Notes under the pieces: generated by a model
Database searches by the model: none
Told to the model about the DNA's origin: nothing
What the model saw: the letters and a program-made list of their open reading frames with translations, nothing else
Position numbers and translations under genes: made by a program
Shown: positions 26,908 through 39,700 of the stretch, piece after piece
Numbering within the stretch: the stretch's first letter is position 1
Layout: each line of letters starts with the position of its first letter
Source of the DNA: Sphyrna mokarran
Taxonomy: Eukaryota
Direction: 5' to 3'
Assembly (NCBI GenBank): GCA_024679065.1
Contig: JAGIQG010000043.1
Span: forward strand, 2,604,001 to 2,668,000
Length of the DNA stretch: 64,000 nucleotides

Positions 26908-27870
26908 CTGTTTGTAATTTTTATAAATGATCTGGATGAGGGTATTGAGGGATGGATCAGTAAATTTGCAGATGACACTAAAGTCGGTGGAGTGGTAGAT
27001 AGTGAAGAGGGGTGTTATACTTTACGGAGTGACTTGGACAAGTTGCAGAGCTGTGCCGAGAGGTGGCAAATGGAGTTTAATGTGGAAAAGTGTGAGGTAA
27101 AGCACTTTGGCAGGAACAATAAATGTGTAGAGTATAGGGCTAATGGTAGGGCTCTTAATAGTGTTGAGGAACAGAAGGATCTTGGTGTATCTGTCAATAG
27201 ATCCCTGAAAGTAGGCAGTCAAGTGGATAAAGTTGTTAAGAAGGCATATGGAGTCTTAGCTTTTATTGGTAGGGGGATTGAATTTAGGAGCCACAGCATC
27301 ATGTTGCAACTGTACAAAACTCTAGCGCGGCCGCACTTGGAGTATTGTGTGCAGTTCTGGTCCCCACATTATAAGAAAGATGTGGAGGCATTGGAGAGGG
27401 TACAGAGGAGGTTTACCAGGATGTGCCTGGTATGGAGGGCAGGTCCTATGAAGAGAGGTTGAAGGATTTGAGGTTGTTTTCGTTAGAAAGGAGGCGGCTA
27501 AGAGGGGATCTTATTGAAGCATATAAGATGATTAGAGGTTTAGATAGGGTGGACAGTGATAGCCTTTTTCCTAGGATGGAGAAAGCTAGCACGAGGGGAC
27601 ACAGCTTTAAATTAAGGGGTATGAGTTATAGGCCGGATATCAGAGGTAGGTTCTTTACTCAAAGAGTGATTAGGGAGTGGAATGCCCTGCCTGCAGCTGT
27701 TGTAGATGCGCCAAGTTTAGTGGCGTTTAAGATGTTAATTGATAAGTATATGGAAGAGAAGGGAATGGTTTAGTTTGGAGGGGCATTGCTTTTTATTTTG
27801 GTCGGCACAACATCGAAGGCCGAAGGGCCTGTTCTGTGCTGTAATGTTCTATGTTCTATTTCTATGTTCG
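26908..27870 (+). mobile_element. Young 5'-truncated CR1
   Basis: ORFs 26992..27462 and 27423..27773 (one frameshift), near-identical to the 18810-19770 segment. Confidence 0.95.
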
Positions 27871-28109
27871 AAAGAGAGGGGGGAGATAGATGGGTAGGGT
27901 GAGGTGGGTTTGTAGTTTGGCGGGGGGGGGGGACCCAGCCAGAATACGATGAAATACGTTATTCAGCCCACGGTATGGATGCAGGAATGTAAGTATGTCG
28001 ATGGCCCAGTTGCATTATCGATGAACTGTTAATCCAGAAATTGCATTAATATTCTGGTGACCTGCGTTTGAAAAGGGGAACGGCAGTGAATCGATTTGAA
28101 TTTACTAAA

Positions 28110-28935
28110 ATAATGCAAGACTGGGCGGAGAAGTAGCAGATGGACTTCAACGTGGATAAATGTGCGGTGGTCCATTTTGGCAGGACCAGTGGGATGAAGG
28201 AGTATAATATCAAGAGTAGGAGTCTTGGCAGTGTTGAGGAGCAGAAGGATCTTGGGGTCCGGGTCCATAGGACTCTTAAATCTGCCCTGCAAGTGGAGGA
28301 TATGGTCAAGAAGCCATATGGTGTACTGGCCTTCATTAATAGAGGGATTGAGTTTAGGATTCGGAGGTAATGCTGCAACTTTATAAGACCCTTGCCAGAC
28401 CCCAATTGGAGTATTGTGTGCAGTTCTGGTCATCTCACTACAGGAAGGATTTGGAAGTTATTGAGAGGGTGCAGAGGAGATTTACAAGGATGTTGTCTGG
28501 ATTGTTGTCTACCTTATGAAGATAGGTTGAGAGAGCTAGGTATCTTCTCTCTGGAGAGACGAAGGTTGACAGGCGACCTGATAGAGGTTTGTAAGATGTT
28601 GAGAGGAATAAATAGGATGGATTCTCGGTGGCTATTCCCCAGGGCTGAAACGAGAGGATACAGGTTTAAGGTGCTGGGGGGCAAATACAGTGGAGATGTT
28701 AGAGATAAGTTTTTTTTTCACTCAGAAGGTGGTGAGTGAATGGAATCGGTTGCTGTCAGTGGTGGTAGAGGCGAACTCGCTGGGGTCTCATAAGAGACTT
28801 CTGGATGAGTACATGGGATTTAATAGGATTGGGAGTTACAGGTAGTTCTATGGCCTGTTAGGTATAGGCATGATCAGCACAACTTGTGGGCCAAAGGGCC
28901 TCTTTGTGCTCTAGTGTTATATGTTCTATGTTCTA
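28110..28935 (+). mobile_element. CR1 3' fragment (older subfamily)
   Basis: ORFs 28140..28370 and 28392..28739; CR1 tail. Confidence 0.88.
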
Positions 28936-29149
28936 AGTAAGGACGCACATTTATTTCCCAAAACCAGTTGTATTTTACGACAATCTGCAATCATTTAATA
29001 CTTATTAGAAATTGAACAACAGATTTTTATTGACTTCACATTTCTCTATCTGCCTTGGTAGTATTCGAGCCCGTGTCCCCAGATCATTTCTCTGGGCCTC
29101 TGGATTAATCATACAGTGATCATTCCACTGTGCCACTTTCTCTCATAAG

Positions 29150-29545
29150 CATGATGTGGATGGAGATGTTGTCGTTGGACTGACGTGGTCAGAATAAGAA
29201 GTCTTTCAGGATAAGTTCCAACAGGTTTATTTGGAATCACTAGCGTTCAAATCGCTGTTCCTTCCTTAGATGAATAGAGAGCTAGGTTCACAAGCTCAGC
29301 CTATATAGGCAGGCATAATTTCAATATAAAGTTTGGAATGTGATCTTTATAGGTAATCAAGTCTTTATAGATGCAGACAATTCCAGTGGAGAGAGAGATT
29401 ATCACCGCTAAAAGAGGTGAGATTGTATCAAGCCAGGACGGTTAGTAGGATTTTGCCAACGCAGGCGACATTTTAGAGTTACATATAGTGTGACGTGAAC
29501 CCAAGATCCCTGTTGAGGCCATCATCACGCATGGGGAACTTCACA
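29150..29545. mobile_element. Penelope-like pseudo-LTR-derived repeat
   Basis: gatgtgga...aagaagtc...aacaggtttatttggaatcac motif shared with 46021-46290. The family call is from recognition, not a search. Confidence 0.45.
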
Positions 29546-29983
29546 AATAAATTCTGACCAGGCAGCAACGTCTACATCCCATGAACGAATAAAAAACGCG
29601 AATCTTGTCCAGTACTTGGACTGCAGTGTTGCATTATATAAAACAGATTTCAGTTTAGTATGAATGTACTGTAGTTAAAAGGAAAATATTACAAGAACAG
29701 GTTATACAGAGTAGTGTTATTCCTTGCAGTGGACAAGATTATGAGATGGCTTAATTGTCGTGTTTAAGTTTGAAAAATAATTGGATGGGTCGATGGAAGG
29801 AAACTATTTCCTCTAATGGGGGCTGATTGGGCAGTTCATAACATGGGGCCAGAACTATTAACTTACCGCCAGATTTTTAGGGGTGATGCCAGGATGTACT
29901 TTCCCAGTGTGGACTGGTACTCTGAATCACTGTCTTCCAGAAAGCTGTCGATGCAAGGCTCATTGTCATTTTGTTCGGTATTG

Positions 29984-30019
29984 CTACAGGGTCCCGTGTT
30001 CAAGCTCCAACACAGCATA
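29984..30019 (-). pseudogene. YAVLELEHGTL* motif, candidate ITIM exon remnant of paralog B
   Basis: Follows a pyrimidine tract ending ttttacg (possible mutated acceptor). Similar to 8867-8911. Confidence 0.3.
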
Positions 30020-30383
30020 TCGTAAAAAGATAAATACAGCACTAAACATTTGGAATTAAATTCCAATGCATAAGTAAAAGCCGTTTTTGTAAAAAGATGT
30101 GTTAAAGAAATGGCCTGACATGCCACACAGTTTAAGGATAAATACGAATGGCGGATACACGATTGCCAGCCAGTGACGTCCACATCCCATGAATTAACTA
30201 ATTGAAGCAACAGTGAAGTTTATCTCTTTAAAAGAAACGGTCTCCAGCTTCCAATGTTTGCAATATCGAACTTGTGATGGAAATATATCAACACCTCAAT
30301 GGAACGCCGTTTGAATAACATTTTCATACCTATAAAATATACTTATTTTATTCTGAAGACCAGTGCCATTTATATCTTTGAAG

Positions 30384-30688
30384 GATCCATTGATGTGTCA
30401 ATGCATAGACTGATTTTGTCTATGCTTCCCGCTGCCTCAGAAAAGTTGGCAGCATATCCAGTGACCCCACATAGCCGGATATATTCTCTTTCATCTTCTT
30501 TCGTTAGAGGAAAATACACAAAAGTCTGAGATCATGATCCATTGATGTATCAATACATCGACTGATTTTGTCTATGCTTCCCGCTGCCTCAGAAGATTTG
30601 CCAGCATAACCAGGGACCCCATATACCCGGACACACTCTCTTTTACCTTCTTTCGTCAGAAGAGAATATACAAAAGTCTGAGATCATG
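30384..30688. repeat. Diverged 152-bp tandem duplication inside a Rex1-like 3' region
   Basis: gatccattgatgt...aaagtctgagatcat starts at 30384 and at 30536. Confidence 0.85.
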
Positions 30689-32744
30689 AACCAACCGAAT
30701 GAAGAACAGTTTTTTTTCCCCTGCTGCCGTCAGACTTTTGAATGGACCTATCATACGTTAAGCTGATCTTTCACTACATTCTTGCTGTGACGGTGACAGT
30801 GCATTCTGTGCCCTTTCTTTCCCTTCCCCCGTATGTGTTCTCTGAAATCTATGTTTTGTCGGCAAGTATCAATAGTTTTCATTGCATCCCAATCCATGTG
30901 ACAGTAATAAATCACATCAAATCAAATCAAACTTCTCCAACAAACAATGTTCAAACGTTGCCCATGTTTTCTTCATTATGAAATGTACCATTATTTCCAG
31001 AATAACAGGCCACTGTCACAGTGTTTGTAATCTACACCAGACTCCTCCTCCCTACTCTCTACGACGCACACCGCCTCCCCACCCCCCGACACCGCAAACA
31101 TGCGCTATTATTGGTAATTGAATGAAATTTGATCCTAAATTAGTATCTGATATTCACCTCAACCAAGCCCTGTCATATTGACTTCCAAACTCGACGCTAT
31201 GTCGCGGAAAAACCTTTCTCCCGATCTCACCATTGGACATAGTAGGGAATATCTGTTGCTGGTGGTCCAATGTTCTTGTCTCCACTCATTTTGTGTACCT
31301 CTATCTAATTGAGTCTTTCATAACTTCCAAGACCTATGATAGGTCATCGCACAGTCCAATATTGTGTACTGTAAAGAGCCTGTTCAATTTTATTATATGC
31401 ATCCATCTACTAAAATTATTGCCCACAGTTAAACTTCACCCATCAGTTCTATGCAAATGTTCTGTTACCTGACAATCCAGGATCACTGAACACATTTGGA
31501 TTGATGCATCAGATAGGTTGAACTCACAGAAACAATACTTGAGTTTGGAAGCATATTGCTAAGTGATGGTTCTTTGGATGCTCTCCTTTCTGCTCAAGAC
31601 CAAATGGAAATACACAAAGTTTTAAAAATAACATTCACACAAGAAATGGAAATATGGTGATCCTATGTAGTAAGCAGATAGGCTCAAATGTCAGCATGCT
31701 GTTGACATGGTGTATGTTCCATTAGGCCTTAAGAATATTTAGTGGGTGATAAACAGTTGTCCTTTGTTCTTTATTAGTGATAATTCGGCCAGAAGAAAAA
31801 TGGGAGGTGGCAGTCGCTTGAACAGACTCAACCGACATTTTATCTTTCGCAGGAGGTGAAGAAAATTCAACATATCCGCTACTCGCCAATTTTATCGATG
31901 GGGCATGGTTCGATGTGTCGCAGCTTGGTATGGCTCCTGCTCCAACCAAAATCAAAACATTATGAAGGGTTATGAAGAAAGCCAAGTCGATCATTCGAAA
32001 CAGCTTCCCATCCATTGATAGTGTCTACAGTCCCCGCTACATCACGAAAGCAACCAGCACAATCAAAGATCCTGCACACTCTGGACATATTCTCTTCCAC
32101 TTTCTTTCATAGGAAAACGATTTAAAAGCTCTGAGGTGACGTACCCATCGAGCAAAAATAGTTCATTCTCTGCTGATGTCAAACTCTTGAGTGAACCTAC
32201 CTGGCATTAAGTAATCTTTCTCAACACTGCAATTGGTGTTATTTTAATATGTACTCTTCTTTCCTTCTTTATGAGTGGTATGCACGCAAGAAATAAATAT
32301 TTCTTAATAGGTGTGACAATAAAAAAACTAAACCGAATCAAACATCCAGGCTTTCTTCCAATGACGAGAAAACAAAGAAAACGTTCATAACTGCATCATA
32401 TCCCGGAAGCAGAATGTGAGCTCTGAGTTCCATTTATCGTTAAATTCTGGGTTCTGCGTTGAACGCCAGCCGGACAGAAAGAGTCTGTCATAGAATGGAA
32501 ACACATCTTCCAGGCGACCGAAAGGTGTAATTCATCCTTTCGTGTCGTTCCCGGCAGTTAGATAGTTAATTTCGAACTGCATCTCAACCCCATCTAACAA
32601 TGTCACTTCCACAAACGGTAACTGAGTTTCGATATTTTCACTTGGTGTCCCATTCACAATGTAATTTATTGCTGCAATGTTATATGAAAGGTTTATATTG
32701 TTATGAGTGATTAAGCACCATGCAAAGTTCCATACGCTCATTTT

Positions 32745-35700
32745 AGAACAAAGAACAAAGAACAACACAGCACGGGAAACAGGCCCTTCGGCCCAACGAG
32801 CCCGCGCCGTCATCTTAACGTCTTAATGACATATAGAGACCAATATAGGGACAGTTTGTTACCCAATCAGCCTAAGAGCACATTTTTGGGATGTGGGTGG
32901 AAACCGGAGCACCCGGAGAAAACCCACGCAACCACGGGGAGAACGCGCAAACTCCCGCAGACACAGACCCAAATCCATGTGTCTGCACAGCAACAGCGAT
33001 AGTCTCTGAGCTGTCATGTTGCCCATCTGATGGTCCAGTTTAAGCATACACTAACGACGTGAAGCACTAGGCCACTCCTGAAGTAACCTCCAGGAGCAGC
33101 CCTCACACGACTTGCCGAATGCATGCACCTTGTTGGTCAATAAGGTGGACCGAATAGCCTGTGGAAACAATTAAAGAATTTAAAAAGTCCTCATATATCC
33201 CTCTTTCTGCAGAGCGCTCATGTGGCTGTCCAAGAGACCCTTAAACAACCCACCGTGCCTGCTCCCACCACCTTACTCGGTAATGCATTCCACACCCCCA
33301 CTACCCTTTGTGTGAAAAAAATGCCCCCTAATATTAGTCTTCTACATAGCCCCCCTCACCCTAAGGCCGTGACCCCTCGTTCTATCCGAATCTAATTGTG
33401 GGAAAAGCTTACCACCATTTCCTCTATTTATACCCCTCATAATCTTATATACCTCTAATTGATCCCCTCTCAGCCGACGTCTTTCAAGGGAAAACAACCC
33501 CAGTGCGTTCAACCTTTCCTCGTAAGACAGCCCTTCCATACCAGGCAGCATCCTGGTAAATCTCCTCTGCACTCTCTCCAGGGACTCCACATCCTTCCGG
33601 TAGTACGGCGACCAGAACTGGATGCAGTACTCCAAGTGAGGCCTAACCATCGTTCTATACACTTGCAATATCAAACTCCTACTCTTGTATTCTATACCCC
33701 TTCCTACGAAGGCTAACATACCATAAGCTTTCTTTATCACCTTTTCCACCTGTACTGACACCTTCAGAGACTTGTGAACCTGCACCCCCAGGTCACTCTG
33801 CGTCTCTATACTCCGGATAGTTTTACCTTTTACCCTATAACTCCCCTCTACATTATTCCGGCCAAAATGCATCACCTCGCATTTATCGGATTAAATTCCA
33901 TTTGCCATCTATCTTCCCAATCTACCAGCCTATCAATGTCCTGTTGTATTGCCTGGCACTGCTCCTCAGTCCCCGCCAATCCAAGTATCTTAGTGTCATC
34001 AGCAAATTTGCTGATCACACCACCTACCCCCTCTTCCAAGTCATTTATATAAATCACAAATAGAAGAGGTCCTAGTTCTGAGCCCTGTGGCACACCACTA
34101 GTGACACACCTCCAGTTGGAAAAAGAGCCTTCCACTAATACCCGTTGTCTCCTCCTCCCAAGCCAGTTCTCAACCCATCCACATACCTGGCCCTGTATCC
34201 CATGCGCCTTCACCTTTTTTATCAGCCTGCCATGGGGAACCTTGTCAAACGCCTTACTGAAATCCATGTAGATGACATCAACGGCTTGTCCTTCATCAGC
34301 CGTTTTTGGCACCTCTTCAAAAAATTCCACTAGATTCGTAAGGCACGACCTCCCCTTAACGAAGCCATGCTGCATATTCCTGAACAGATCGCAGCGCTCC
34401 AGATGCTCACACATCCTGTCCCTGAGGATCTCCTCCATTAGGTTACCTATAACTGATGTCAAGCTCACCGGCCTATAGTTCCCTGGGTTATCCCTCTGAC
34501 CCTTTTTAAACAACGGTACTACATTTGCAATCCTCCAGTCCTCTGGGACCTTACCTGTGTCCAAAGAAGAGACAAAGATTTGCGTCAGAGGCCCAGCAAT
34601 GTCATCCCTCACCTCCCTTAGCAGCCTGGGATAAATGCCATCAGTCCCCGGAGCTTTATAAGTCTTTATGCTACCTAAAAGCCCCAACACTTCTTCCCTC
34701 GTAATGATTATTTCCTTTAACGGGTCCTCAAAATCCTCAAAGCCAGCATCAGATATGAGGCCCCTCTCCCGCGTGAATACCGACGCAAAGTACTCATTCA
34801 GGATCTCCACCATCCCCTCAGAGTCTAAGCATAGATCCCCTCCTCTGTCCCTGAGAGGTCCAATTTTGCCTCTAACCATCCTTTTGCTCCTTACGTAGGA
34901 GTAAAATGCCTTAGGATTTTCCTTAATCCTACCTGCCAAAGCCATTTCGTGGCCCTTTTTTGCCTTTCTGACGCCCCTTTTAAGATCCTGTCTACACTCT
35001 ATATTTTTCCAGCGCTGCCACTGTCCCCAATTGCCTGGATCTAACGTATGCCTCCCGCTTCTTCCTGACCAAGTCCTCAACATCCCTAGTAACCCACAGT
35101 TCTCTAATCCTACCCTTCCCATCCTTTCTCCTTACCGGCACGTGTCTATCCTGCAAAAATTTTAGTTTTCCCTTGAAAGATTCCCACATGTGCAGCGTCG
35201 ACCTACCCTCGAACAGCTTATCCCAGTCGGTATCCTTAAGATCCTGCCTAATCTGGCTATATCTAGCCCTCCCCCAGTTTAACACCCTCCCCTTAGGGCA
35301 GGCTTCATCTTTTTCCATTAATACCCTAAAGCAGACAGAGTTGTGGTCACTATTAGACACATGCTGTCCTACTACAACGTCAACCACCTGCCCTGGCTCA
35401 TTCCCCAGAACCAGATCCAGTATAGCCCCCTCTCTAGTCGGGCTATCCACATACTGCTCCAAGGACCCTTCTAAAACACACTGTACAAATTCCTCCCCGT
35501 CCGCACCTTCCGCTCTCGGCACCTTCCAATCTACCCCAGGGAAATTGAAAAATCCCATTACAACTACCCTATTCTTCCTACACTTATCTAAAAATTCCTT
35601 ACATATCCCTTCTTCCACGGCCCGCGGACTGTTGGGCGGTCTGTAGTACACACCCAACACAGTAACCTCTCCCTTCCTATTCCTCAACTCCACCCATAGC

Positions 35701-35950
35701 GACTCAATTCCTAACTCAACCATACCACCCTCCTTCTGCACTGCTATGATGTGATCCTTAACTAATAACGCCACTCCCCCTCCTCTCCTCAAACCACCTC
35801 TATCATGCCTAAAACACTTATACCCCGGAATATTCAATTGCCAGTCCTGCCCTTCCTTTAGCCACGTCTCAGTCACCGCCACCACTTCTAACTTCCTCTC
35901 GAACATTATTGCCTTCAGTTCATCTGTTTTGCCAGTCACACTCCTCGCAT
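32745..35950 (-). mobile_element. Near full-length CR1 ORF2 (APE + RT, frameshifted) with composite hairpin/V-SINE 3' UTR (32745-33164)
   Basis: ORFs 34992..35939, 33872..35122 and 33342..33875 carry all EN and RT motifs and run continuously into the UTR. Confidence 0.95.
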
Positions 35951-36029
35951 TTACAACAAGATTCGTCCGAATTAAACAGAAAATCCGGAATCTCTAACTA
36001 CACATGATATGAAGCAATTCTATACTCAC

Positions 36030-36328
36030 CGCCATTTCTTCTGGACGTGTTCTGTAGATCTCTATTCACCATCAGTGTTCCTGTTACCTGTAAAAAAAAA
36101 CAATTACAACTGATTACAAATTGTCCCATTTTACACTGAACTGTCTGAAAGTCAAAGTAAATTGATTGGGAGTCCCATGCGTATGCAAAGTCTCCCTGCA
36201 ATCTATACCTTTCTGCCAATTCGTGTAGATCCTTCTCCGGGAAAGAAGGATCCTTCCAAGAAGGAGAAGCATCACCACTGACGAGTACCCAGTAAGTGGA
36301 ATAGTCCAAAGTGGAAGTGACAGCGAAT
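36030..36328 (-). pseudogene. TM exon (36328-36209) and first tail exon (36087-36030) of paralog B
   Basis: actctgcag|AT...AAAG|gtatag, phase 1-1, reads DSLSLPLWTIPLTGYSSVVMLLLLGRILLSRRRIYTNWQK. The next exon is tttttacag|GT...GCG|gtgagt and reads GNRNTDGE*. Nucleotide homology to 5484-5785. Confidence 0.6.
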
Positions 36329-36984
36329 CTGCAGAGTAAAATCAACATTGTATTTAAGAAAAGAAATCCGTAGATCAAGCTCTTTGTCTCATATCGGGAT
36401 TTAATGAGACGGAATTTTCCCGTCCAGACAGCCACCGGAATTGTAGTGGGTGGAGGCAGACATTGATCTTGGGCGGGGATTTCCGGCCTTGGGGTCTCTC
36501 TTCCTCCATGCGTCTATCTGTTTTTACTTGGTAAATTCACTTCCCTTATGTAAGGTTTGTCCACTTTTGAATTGTCCCTGGTAATGTTGGTGACAAGAAC
36601 AAGATTAGCATTCATTACCACCACTGGGATGGCACGATGGCACAGTTGTTAACACTGTGTCTAAAGATGTTCAGGTTAGGTGTATTAACCATGCTACATG
36701 ACCCTTAGTGCCCAAAGATGCGCAGCTCCGGTGGACTAGTCATGCTAAATTGCTTTTTGGTGTCCAAAATGTGTAGTTAGTCGGATTAACCGGGTCAATA
36801 TGTGGCGTCAGGGGGATAGGGCCTGGGTAAGATTCTTTGCCAGAGTGTTGGTGCCTCCTCAATGGGCTGAATGATCCCTTTCTACACTTATTCTCTGTGT
36901 AAACCAAGGGATAGGGTATTAACAATAACTTAATCAGTTTATTGAGCAGCAAAATCCTAAACATAAATTCGTCTGCACTTTTTT

Positions 36985-37462
36985 CCACCTTCTGGTTGCA
37001 TTCCAACGAGTAAATGGAACGAGAGGCCTCGGTTTTAACAACAATTGGAAAGGATCCACACTCGGATTTTATAACCGATTTTATTTCCCACGCTCAGTGG
37101 GAAAATTTCGATGATTGAGTAAATGGAACGAGAGGCCTCGGTTTTAACAACAATTGGAAAGGATCCACACTCGGATTTTATAACCGATTTTATTTCCCAC
37201 GCTCAGTGGGAAATTTCGATGATTGCTGTTCGCTATTCTTCGGAAGAATCGGTTGCATTCCTGTCTCTCCCGTGAGCTCTGCTGCTCATTTAAGCAAGGC
37301 CGAGTTTGGTTGTTGGTCAGAGAACCCGTTAAATCCCAGGAACGGCGGGATTTGTACTCATGTTTACTAATTTCCTCAACGTCGCAATTGCGTTTTCTTC
37401 TTAATTGTCCTGGCGATCGTTGTCCTTCCGCGGTCCTCAATTTTGACCAAGTCTCAGATCAC
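36985..37462 (-). pseudogene. Highly decayed V(J)-like exon upstream of the paralog B TM
   Basis: Acceptor tttatacag|GT. Fragments across frames: TIARTIKKKTQLR, QQPNSAL, CNRFFRRIANSNHRNFPLSV, SECGSF. Many stops and frameshifts. Confidence 0.3.
37008..37224. repeat. Near-perfect 109-bp tandem duplication
   Basis: gagtaaatggaac... starts at 37008 and at 37117; the copies differ by one A. Confidence 0.95.
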
Positions 37463-39700
37463 CTGTATAAAGTTTGGGTGTAGAACACTAACGTGCGCAG
37501 CTGCAGCGTGGATTTTCACTAAAATCAGCCCCGTTGAAGCTCCCGTGTGGATGTTCTATCGCAGCACAGGTGACAGTTTCAATTCTGAAACCCTCAGTTA
37601 TTAACATCTTTTGATAGATTCGAAAAAAACTAGACTATTTTTGTGTGTGGAATTTAGCTATTGACAAAGCAGCTGTAATAATTTCATACGTGACAAAATG
37701 GAGCTATTTTAACACAAAATCTAATACATTTTGGAATGTTGAGAGATCGGTACGGACACAGGAACACACTGTAACCCAGAGTGAAACCTGAACTTGTGCT
37801 ATGTTTAACTTCATTGCAATGAATATTACGAAAAAAAAAACAGTTCCCCAGACATACTTGTGTAAAAAAATACAGATATTGACAAAATCATTGATAACTA
37901 AGCAGATTTAATAGCCCCTTAATCCATCAGTATTTCAAATGCGTTATTCTGAGGTAAATTAAACTAAATTGGAGTGACACGTTGGTTAGCATGGCTGCCT
38001 TGCCAGGGATTCGGGTTCTATTCGTAGCTTGGCTCACTGTCTGTGCCTTCCCGGGATACTTCGGTTTCCTCGCACGGCCTGAAAGAAGGCCATTCTAAAT
38101 TCCCCGTCTGTGTACCCGAACAGGAGCCGGAGTGTGTCTACTGCGGGATCTTTCGTAGTAACTTTATTGCACTTCACACGCAAGCCTGCCGATGGCTAAG
38201 AAATAAACGTTAACTTTGAAATTCACATTTCAGTCTTTGTCACTATTGATGAATACTTCAGAATTGGCCGGAACAGTAGGAAAGTGGTTAGCAATGCTGC
38301 TTCACAACACTAGAAACCTGGATTAGATTCCCGGCTCGTGAATGAAGTTTGCACATTCTCCTCGTGTCTACGTGGGTTTCCTCCGGGTGCTCCGGTTTCC
38401 TCCCACATCCAAAGATGTGCAAGTTAGGCTGATTGGCCATGCTAAAAAAATGTCCTTTAGTGCCCTGAGATGCATAGGTTAGAGAGATTAGTGGGTCAAT
38501 TATATGGGGGTAGGGCCTGGGTGAGATTGTATTCGGTGCAGACTCGATAGGCCGTAAGGCCTCTTTCTGCACTTTAGGATTCCATGATCTATGAATAATT
38601 TCAACGGTGGGTCCGAATGAGGCTGACTTGATGGATGTTCTCCCCGAGCAGCCAGCATCAGTCTCTACCATATAGAGCTGCATAGAAGGATCATTTGGAT
38701 CCCAAAACGTTAACTCTGTTCTCTGCATAGATGCTCCAGGCGTATTGAGTTTATTCAGGATTTTCAGATTTTATTTCAGATTTCTAGCATCTGCAGTAGT
38801 TTGCTTTTGTACCAATATTTCTTTCAATCAGCACTTTCTCTAAGAGAATGGCACGTCAAATCAAGAGGCGAACTGTTTTGAGATGTAACTTATTATGCTC
38901 CAACATACGACTGTGATACATGTTCTCCACTCACCACCATCACCGCCACATCCCCCACCACCCCGCCCCCCCCCAAAAAAAAAACAAAGTTAGATTCTGA
39001 TTATAAGTTTACTACATAAGTATACAAACTTGTAATGTACCTTTGCAGTTTTGTAATACATTTACTCACCTTTAGATGGAGACATTTCCAAAGAAATGGT
39101 AATTATCTCGTTCGGTCAGCGTCACCAGTGAAGATGAAAATTGCATAACATCGTGATGCAGTAAAGACCTCGTGGTTTGCAAGTTGTTTGACACACCCTC
39201 ACACAGTCTCAAACAATGATGGGACGGAGTGCGGGAACAAGAAGGAGAATATGATGAACTGTTGCGTTAACAATAATCTGTCCCTCAATGTCAACCGAAC
39301 AAAAGAGACAGACATCGATTTCAGGAAACGTAATAAAGATTTGCCCTTCTTTGCATCAATGGCTACAAAGTAGAAATAGCCGAGTTTTTAACTTTTATGT
39401 GTCCAGGTCACCAACTTCCCGAACAACTGTAAATGAATCAACTGAGATTTTCCTGACAATTGTATCATGATCATTAGTGAATTAATTCCAGTCATTTTTT
39501 ATTGAATTCAAATTTTACTAAGTGCCCATGACGGGATTAACCTGGGCCCCCAGAACATGAACTGAGTTTGTGGATTATTGGCATTGCAGTAACACTAGGG
39601 GGCCATCGTCTCCTCATAAGTAACTGGATGTGACGAAAGTGATGATGACTGAAGGTTCCTGACAGAAGGGCATGTGAATCTTTGTGGGAAGTTGCGCTGC

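Noticed and set aside
33342-35939. CR1 ORF2 as an active element or host gene
   Set aside because: It is split by frameshifts into three ORFs and lacks ORF1 and the 5' end.
35998-36435. 145-aa ORF as a stand-alone gene
   Set aside because: It reads through introns in a frame different from the TM exon supported by paralog homology.
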